Assembly (NCBI GenBank): GCA_050287085.1
Contig: JBNKBE010000004.1
Span: 96,288 to 160,287, forward strand
Direction: 5' to 3'
DNA: 64,000 nucleotides
Source of the DNA: Polyangiaceae bacterium
GTDB taxonomy: Bacteria > Myxococcota_A > Polyangia > Polyangiales > Polyangiaceae
In this document: positions 57,931 through 64,000 of the stretch, in pieces
Position numbering within the stretch: position 1 is the stretch's first letter
Layout of the letters: each line of letters begins with the position of its first letter
Made by a program: the position numbers and the translations under genes
Notes under the pieces: model-generated
The model's input: the letters and a program-made list of their open reading frames with translations, nothing else
Databases searched by the model: none
What the model was told of the DNA's origin: nothing

Positions 57931-59895
57931 ATGAGCGCGTTCGAAACCGCCGTAAAGACAATACAGTTCTTGGCCGCTGATGCGGTCCAGCAGGCCAACT
58001 CCGGTCACCCTGGCACGCCGATGGCGCTGGCTGGGATCACGACCGAAATCTTCAGCGAGCACCTGCGCTACCAGCCGGAAGATCCGAGCTGGCCCAATCG
58101 CGATCGCTTCGTGCTGTCGTGTGGCCACGCTTCCATGTTGCTGTACTCGGTGCTCCACCTCGCGGGCTACCCGGTGAGCAAAGACGATCTGGTCAACTTT
58201 CGGCAGCTGGATAGCAAGACGCCGGGGCATCCGGAGTTCGGCCACACTGTGGGGGTTGAGACCACGACCGGACCCCTCGGGCAGGGCGTGAGTACGGCGG
58301 TAGGTATGGCGCTTTCGGCGCGTCTCGGTGCCGCTCGCGTTGGGCCGGAGCTGCTCGACTATCGGGTTTACGTGCTGGCCTCGGATGGCGACCTGATGGA
58401 AGGCGTGGCGTCCGAGGCAGCGAGCCTGGCAGGTCATTGGGGCCTCGGCAATTTGATCGTTGTCTACGACGCAAACAACATCACGATCGATGGCAAGGCC
58501 GAGGTCGCCTTCAGCGAGGATGTGGGAAAGCGCTTCGAGGCTTATGGCTGGGGGGTGCAACAGGTCGATGGACACGCCCCGGAGCAGGTTCATGCGGCGA
58601 TTGAGGCGGCCAAGGCAGATGCCGGGCGCCCGTCGTTGATCGTGGCGAAAACCCGGATCGGAATTGGCTGTCCGACCAAAGAGAATACGTCGGCGGCCCA
58701 CGGTTCCCCGCTGGGTCGTGATGAGATCAACGCGGCCAAAGCTGCAGCAGGTTGGCCGCAAGAGGAATTTGTCGTGCCCAAGGAGGCGTATGCTCCGTTC
58801 GAGGCGCGACGGGCGGCGGTCAAGGCGGAATACGACGCGTGGCAGGCCCGTCGCGCGGCGCTGAGCGGTGAAGCGCTGGCGACCTGGGAGAGCCTGTTCG
58901 AGCAACACGCGCCCTCCGATCTGTATGAACGCCTCTTGGCGGCTGCCCACAAGGAGACCAAGGCGATGGCCACCCGTGCCAGCGGCAGCTTGGTGGAGCA
59001 GGTTGCGGCTTCGTGTATTGCGTCGCTGGTGAGCGGCTCGGCCGATCTCAACGCGTCCACCAAGACCGACATTACGGGCGGCGGGTACGTGACGCGCGAG
59101 GACTTTTCTGGTCGCAATCTACGCTACGGGATCCGCGAGCACGCGATGGGCGCTATCGCCACCGGGATCGCGTTGAGCGGGTTCATACCGGTGACCTCCA
59201 CCTTCCTGATCTTCAGCGAGTACATGCGCCCGCCGATTCGGCTTGCAGCCATGATGGAGCTGCAGAGCGTGTACGTGTTCACCCATGATTCGTTTTTCGT
59301 CGGAGAGGACGGCCCAACACACCAGCCCGTTGAGCAGGTCAGCGCGCTGCGCCTGATTCCCAACGTAGACGTCATGCGTCCAGCTGACGTCGTGGAGTGT
59401 GCTGTCGCTTGGGCACACGCTCTGGAACGAAAAGACGGCCCGACCGTGTTGGCGCTGACCCGTCAGAATCTCCCGTATCTGTCGCGGCCCGAGAGTCTCT
59501 CGCCCGAGACCATGCGACGCGGTGGCTACGTCTTGCGTGATGCGGAGGAGCCGACGTTGGTGTTGATGGCGACGGGCAGTGAAGTGTGGGTGGCAGTGGA
59601 AGCCGCCGCGCTCTTGGAAGAGGCCGGCCACCGCGTCCGCGTGGTTTCCATGCCCTGTTTGGATGTGTTCTTGCGTGAGCCCGCCGAGTACCAGAAGCAG
59701 GTTCTCGGGACGGCGCCGCGGATCTCCCTGGAGGCCGGCTCCACGCACTTGTGGAAGGGCGTCGTAGGACTGGATGGACTCTGCATCGGGCTCGACCACT
59801 ACGGCGCCTCCGCGCCAGCGGAGCAGTTGCAGGAGCGATTTGGCCTCACGCCAGCCCAGGTGGCGGCGCGGGTACGCGAAGCGTTTCCCGCATGA
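57931..59895 (+). CDS. tkt: Transketolase
   Basis: [54 protein letters not shown]. Confidence 0.97.
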   Translation: MSAFETAVKTIQFLAADAVQQANSGHPGTPMALAGITTEIFSEHLRYQPEDPSWPNRDRFVLSCGHASMLLYSVLHLAGYPVSKDDLVNFRQLDSKTPGHPEFGHTVGVETTTGPLGQGVSTAVGMALSARLGAARVGPELLDYRVYVLASDGDLMEGVASEAASLAGHWGLGNLIVVYDANNITIDGKAEVAFSEDVGKRFEAYGWGVQQVDGHAPEQVHAAIEAAKADAGRPSLIVAKTRIGIGCPTKENTSAAHGSPLGRDEINAAKAAAGWPQEEFVVPKEAYAPFEARRAAVKAEYDAWQARRAALSGEALATWESLFEQHAPSDLYERLLAAAHKETKAMATRASGSLVEQVAASCIASLVSGSADLNASTKTDITGGGYVTREDFSGRNLRYGIREHAMGAIATGIALSGFIPVTSTFLIFSEYMRPPIRLAAMMELQSVYVFTHDSFFVGEDGPTHQPVEQVSALRLIPNVDVMRPADVVECAVAWAHALERKDGPTVLALTRQNLPYLSRPESLSPETMRRGGYVLRDAEEPTLVLMATGSEVWVAVEAAALLEEAGHRVRVVSMPCLDVFLREPAEYQKQVLGTAPRISLEAGSTHLWKGVVGLDGLCIGLDHYGASAPAEQLQERFGLTPAQVAARVREAFPA

Positions 59896-60006
59896 GTGCA
59901 GGTCCCCTCGCGGGCGATTCACGCGGGGGGCTGACATCAGGTTGCGGTGCTGGGGTAGGTCTGGTCCTGGCGCCGTTTGAGATTTCGGTCTACAGTGGGG
60001 CTCCCC

Positions 60007-60327
60007 ATGGCGCAGGATAACTCGTTGCCGCTGGTGTTGATTCCACACCCCCATGTTCGTGTGGACCGCAACGTGCTGGCGGGCAGCCCCTATGTCGTGG
60101 GCTCGCGCGTTCCAGTGCGGCGCTTGTGGTCGTTCTATCAAAGCGGAGCTTCGGTCGAAGTGTTGATCAAGCGTTACCCTCGTCTCGGGGCCGGTAAGAT
60201 CTTCGACGCCTTGGCGTTCGCGTTTGACAACGAAGAAGTGATTCGGCGCGATATCGAGCGCGAGCGCTCCCTGCTGCAAGCGGAATCGCCACCGCCGGAT
60301 CGGCAGATCTCGTTGTTTGAGGAATAG
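60007..60327 (+). CDS. DUF433 domain protein (VapB45-like HTH) with C-terminal QISLF motif
   Basis: PHVRVDRNVLAGSPYVVGSRVPV...G.SVE.LIKRYP.L...I.DALAF. Confidence 0.85.
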   Translation: MAQDNSLPLVLIPHPHVRVDRNVLAGSPYVVGSRVPVRRLWSFYQSGASVEVLIKRYPRLGAGKIFDALAFAFDNEEVIRRDIERERSLLQAESPPPDRQISLFEE

Positions 60328-60408
60328 GCCCCGCCACTCGGCCCGGGTGATGCCGGGCGGCGCTGGGGTTGGGCCGGGCGGTAGAGACGGGACTGCGGGG
60401 AAGCAGGC

Positions 60409-61533
60409 TCAACCGGTTGGGGCCGGCTCAGCGAGTGAGGCCGAGTTCAGAGACTGTAGCCTGCGTTGAAGCTCGCGCCGTGCGCTTGCGCGCTGGCGAA
60501 GCTCAGCCTGGGTTTTCTTCCACGCCTTGAGCGCTGCCCGGCGCGAGCGCCGCAAGTTCAATCCACGCTCTACGGCATTGCGTAGGCGAGCGCGGAACTC
60601 GGCATCTGACGCCGCTCGCGCCGCGAGCGCCTGGCGAGCGCGCACAACGAGGTCTCCCTGGCTGCAGATGAGCAGGGCATCACAACCGGCGAGGATGGCC
60701 TGCGGCGCGAGCTCTTCGATAGGAGCCAGCTCGCTGACGGCGCGCATCTCGAGATCGTCTGAGAACAACACCCCTCGAAAGCCGAACTCTTGTCGCAGGA
60801 GGCTGATGAGCAAGCGGGGGCTCAGCGTTGCGGGCCGGTCGTCGAGCGCCGGGAAGACCACATGGGCGCTCATCATGGTGGGCGCCTCGGGAGCGAGCCG
60901 CTCAAACGGATAGAGTTCTCCCTGCCGCAGCGCGAGAACACTTCTGGTCACCACCGGCAAGGTGAGGTGGCTGTCGGTGGTCGTATCACCATGGCCCGGG
61001 TAGTGCTTGAGGCAGGAAACCAGCCCCGCACGACGATGGCCCGCCATGGCCGCCCGAGCGTGGGCGACGACCAGTTCGGGCGAGGCGCTGTAGGCGCGGT
61101 CGCCGATCACGGGGTTGTCCGGATTGGAGTCTACGTCGGCCACGGGGGCAAAGTTCAAGTTGAAGCCGAGCAGCCGAAGATCCGATGCCAACTCGAAGGC
61201 TGCCTCTTCGGTCAGGGCGACGTCGCCTTCGGCACCCAGAACGCGGGCCGCGGGCACTTCGAGCACACCGCTAGTGAGGCGCCGAACCCTTCCGCCTTCC
61301 TGATCGACACCGATCCAGGGGGGAAATTCGGCGGGGGCCGCGGCGCTGACCGCGGCGCATAAGGCGTGCACTGCCCGGGGGGTGCCGATATTGCGGGCGA
61401 AGAGGATGACCCCACCCAAACATCCAGCGCCAAGGGCTGCTTGGGTGGTGGTTTCCAGGCGCTGACCGTCAAAGCCAGCCACCAGAACCTGTCCGGCAAG
61501 CTGCTCGTCGGAGAGCGCGTCGACTTCCTTCAC
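60409..61533 (-). CDS. nagZ: Beta-N-acetylhexosaminidase (GH3)
   Basis: GGVILFARN, VDQEGGRV.R, NFAPVAD, KHYPGHG...DSH, FSDDLEM. Confidence 0.93.
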   Translation of the reverse strand: MKEVDALSDEQLAGQVLVAGFDGQRLETTTQAALGAGCLGGVILFARNIGTPRAVHALCAAVSAAAPAEFPPWIGVDQEGGRVRRLTSGVLEVPAARVLGAEGDVALTEEAAFELASDLRLLGFNLNFAPVADVDSNPDNPVIGDRAYSASPELVVAHARAAMAGHRRAGLVSCLKHYPGHGDTTTDSHLTLPVVTRSVLALRQGELYPFERLAPEAPTMMSAHVVFPALDDRPATLSPRLLISLLRQEFGFRGVLFSDDLEMRAVSELAPIEELAPQAILAGCDALLICSQGDLVVRARQALAARAASDAEFRARLRNAVERGLNLRRSRRAALKAWKKTQAELRQRASARRELQRRLQSLNSASLAEPAPTG

Positions 61534-61609
61534 GTCGCCTCCGCGGCGGCACCAACTCGGTTGTCGTGCAGTGCTCTCGGTTGTCGGTGCGTCATGGAAT
61601 GCCCGCGGG

Positions 61610-63034
61610 TCATGGGGCTTGGGCGGGGCCTAAGTCGACGCAGGCGGCCTCTGCCATGTCGTCAGCGAGCCGGTCGAGGACGTCGTTGCTGGGGCCTTCG
61701 AGCATCAGGCGTAGCTTGTTTTCCGTCCCGCTCCAACGCACCAGAACTCGACCTCGGGTACCCAGTTTTTTTTCGGCGGCGCGGATAGCGCGCTGCAGGG
61801 AGGGCAGCGATTCGACCGGTCGCTTCTCTCGAAGCGACACGTTCTTGAGCACCTGCGGCAGCGCTGTCATCACCTGGCTAAGTTCCGACAACGGCTTACC
61901 CTCCCGCACCATTACGGCCAGCACTTGGAGCGCGGCCACGATGCCGTCTCCGGTCGTGGCGTGGTCTAGGAATACGAGGTGGCCAGACTGTTCACCCCCG
62001 AAAGAGTAGCCGCCTGAGCGCATCTTCTCGACGACATAGCGATCTCCGACCTGGGTGCGCAAGAGCTTGCCACCCGCCTCCTGGAGCGCGTGCTCAAGGC
62101 CCATGTTGCTCATCACGGTGGAGATGACCGTCCGCTTTCGGAGGCGCTTGTCCTTGAGCAATTGTCGTGCGCAAATGGCCATCAGGTGATCGCCATCGAC
62201 GGTGTGTCCGTGTTCATCTACGACGATGAGCCGATCCGCGTCGCCGTCCAAGCCTATACCAATGTCGGCGTGGTGGCGGCATACGAGTTTCGATAGGTGC
62301 TCAGGGTAGAGCGCGCCCACGCCATCGTTGATATTCTTGCCGTTGGGATCGCAGCCGGTGGTGTACACCTTCGCGCCAAGTTCGTGAAACACCGATGGGG
62401 CAACCCGGTAGCCTGCGCCGTTGGCGGCGTCCACCACGACGCGCAGACCCCGCAATGCCAAAGCGGACGGAAACGTGTTCTTGGCATAGACGATGTAGCG
62501 CCCGGACGCCTCTTCAATGCGCTCGGCGCGACCGATGCGTCCCGCGTCGACGACGTCGGACTGAGCCTCGTCGTTCAAGAGCAGCTTTTCGACCAAGAGC
62601 TCCTCTGCGTCGTCCAGTTTGAAGCCGTCAGGTCCGAACAGCTTGATGCCGTTGTCGCGGTACGGATTGTGTGACGCGCTGATGACGACACCGGCATCGG
62701 CGCGCATGCTATGCGTGAGTTGTGCTACCGCAGGCGTAGGTAGCGGACCGGTGAGCAGGACACGGCCTCCCATGGAACAGACGCCGGAGGCAAATGCTGT
62801 CTCAAGCATGTAGCCGGAAAGGCGCGTGTCCTTGCCGACCACAATTGCCGGCTCTCGTGGCTGGTCTCGTCGCTCACTTCCCATTCCAGGGTGGGCGGGG
62901 CCGCCCCGTATCTTTCGGCTTCCTGCCACTCGAGTGACAGCGCGACCAAGGCGCAACGCCACCTCCGGCGTCATGGGGTAAGTGTTGGCAAGTCCGCGGA
63001 TGCCGTCGGTGCCAAATAGCTTGCGCTCTCCCAT
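61610..63034 (-). CDS. glmM: Phosphoglucosamine mutase
   Basis: LFGTDGIRG, GKDTRLSGYMLE, ISASHNP, DGDADR, GGEQSGH, RWSGTE. Confidence 0.96.
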   Translation of the reverse strand: MGERKLFGTDGIRGLANTYPMTPEVALRLGRAVTRVAGSRKIRGGPAHPGMGSERRDQPREPAIVVGKDTRLSGYMLETAFASGVCSMGGRVLLTGPLPTPAVAQLTHSMRADAGVVISASHNPYRDNGIKLFGPDGFKLDDAEELLVEKLLLNDEAQSDVVDAGRIGRAERIEEASGRYIVYAKNTFPSALALRGLRVVVDAANGAGYRVAPSVFHELGAKVYTTGCDPNGKNINDGVGALYPEHLSKLVCRHHADIGIGLDGDADRLIVVDEHGHTVDGDHLMAICARQLLKDKRLRKRTVISTVMSNMGLEHALQEAGGKLLRTQVGDRYVVEKMRSGGYSFGGEQSGHLVFLDHATTGDGIVAALQVLAVMVREGKPLSELSQVMTALPQVLKNVSLREKRPVESLPSLQRAIRAAEKKLGTRGRVLVRWSGTENKLRLMLEGPSNDVLDRLADDMAEAACVDLGPAQAP

Positions 63035-63036
63035 GA

Positions 63037-63522
63037 TCAGTCGCGAAAGTTGTTGTACTGGAGCTCGATCCCGAAGTCGTGGCTCTTCAGCGCGGCGATT
63101 GCGGCCTGAAGGTCGTCGCGCTTCTTCCCGGTCACTCGCACTGTGTCCTCCACCACGGAGGCCTGCACCTTCAACTTGGCGTCCTTGAGGTAAGCCACAA
63201 TCTTCTTGGCCTGTTCCCGTTCGACGCCCTCGGTCTTCTTGATGACAAGCTTGCGTCGGCTGCCCGTCGCTGGTTCCGGCTGACCGGGCTCGAAGTGTTT
63301 GGCGCTAACACCTCGCTTCGCCAGCTTCTCGACGAAGACGCCATACGCAGAGCGAGCTCGTTCGTCACTATCGGAGGTGATAGTGAAGGACTGGTCGCCG
63401 ACTTGAAGTTCGGTGTCGCTACCGCGGAAGTCGTAGCGCTGCGCATACTCCTTTTTGGCTTGTTCGGTGGCGTTCTTGAGTTCGGCTTTGTCTATCTTGG
63501 ATACAACGTCGAAAGAAGGCAT
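63037..63522 (-). CDS. yajQ: YajQ family nucleotide/c-di-GMP-binding protein
   Basis: MPSFDVVS, RYDFRG, KLKVQAS, VRVTGKKRDDLQ, QYNNFRD. Confidence 0.95.
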   Translation of the reverse strand: MPSFDVVSKIDKAELKNATEQAKKEYAQRYDFRGSDTELQVGDQSFTITSDSDERARSAYGVFVEKLAKRGVSAKHFEPGQPEPATGSRRKLVIKKTEGVEREQAKKIVAYLKDAKLKVQASVVEDTVRVTGKKRDDLQAAIAALKSHDFGIELQYNNFRD

Positions 63523-63593
63523 AACGATTGCGCAGGGCAGTTGTAGTGCGTGCTGTAGCCGCACGCAGGGCTGGAGGAGAAGGGCGCGGCGCG

Positions 63594-64000
63594 CTACATA
63601 TCGATGGGCGGATCCATCTTGATGCCCAGCAGGGCAGCACGTGCCGGGCCGACGACGAAGATGGAGCCCGCCACCACGACCAAGCCTCGGGGGCCGACGA
63701 TTGTGCGCGCCCGCCGCAGGCCTTCTCCGATAGAAGACGCCACCTCTCCGGGGAGTGCCGCTGCGAACTCTTCTGGCGCCACGCTCTTTGGGCTGTTGGC
63801 CGCGACGAACACGCGATGAGACGCCGTGTGCTCCAGGCGCGCCAGCATCGCGCGCCAGTTCTTGCCTTGCATGGCGCCGAAAACCAAAGCGACGTTGCGG
63901 CGGTTGCCAACCGTCTCCGACGCCGTTGCGTCGATGATATGACTTAGCAACACCGCGCCGTCTGGATTGTGGCAAGCGTCAAGCAACGTCAGCTCTTCGC
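63594..64000 (-). CDS. folC: C-terminal part of folylpolyglutamate synthase/dihydrofolate synthase (truncated by window edge)
   Basis: LDACHNPDGA, VFGAMQGK, VVAGSIFVVG. Confidence 0.8.
   Translation of the reverse strand, partial: EELTLLDACHNPDGAVLLSHIIDATASETVGNRRNVALVFGAMQGKNWRAMLARLEHTASHRVFVAANSPKSVAPEEFAAALPGEVASSIGEGLRRARTIVGPRGLVVVAGSIFVVGPARAALLGIKMDPPIDM

Noticed and set aside
57067..58950. 627-aa minus-strand ORF
   Set aside because: Antisense shadow of mltG and tkt, expected in high-GC DNA; no recognisable motifs. The same applies to many other long overlapping ORFs, e.g. 5849..7036, 48467..49621 and 59119..60279.
60007..60327. Complete toxin-antitoxin module
   Set aside because: No adjacent PIN/DUF5615 toxin ORF; the flanks are tkt and the convergent nagZ.

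Overview
GC-rich bacterial chromosomal segment. It is most likely from a myxobacterium (Myxococcota, Polyangiales-like), inferred from Cys-rich lipoproteins with DAG/DAS linkers, a MYXO-CTERM-like tail, a PGRS-like protein and scattered type III export genes. Most of the window is housekeeping: surE, apt, epmA, pgsA, hisB/C/F/H, lon, smc, cmk, rpsA, tRNA-Glu, fabI, cysE, htpG, ruvX, mltG, tkt, nagZ, glmM, yajQ and partial folC. These are interspersed with exported or lipoprotein accessory genes. The most striking element is a compact, apparently co-translated minus-strand cluster at 51814-54118. It encodes a signal-peptide-bearing mini VgrG/gp5-like spike (coiled coil plus beta-helix ending GGLIKLN), a PAAR tip protein that also has a signal peptide and lacks two usual His metal ligands, and a Cys-rich lipoprotein. 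No T6SS, eCIS or phage tube, sheath or baseplate genes are in the window, so this is a candidate Sec-exported, injector-independent spike system. Other notable items are a Zn-finger-fused bacterial histone, a Lon with its catalytic Ser replaced, a DUF433 protein ending in a beta-clamp-like motif, an EpmA with an extra OB-like N-terminus, solitary sctS and sctV genes, a membrane-anchored Mrr-like nuclease with a 27-bp repeat stalk, and a frameshifted PGRS-like gene. All family assignments come from motif recognition by eye; no searches were run.
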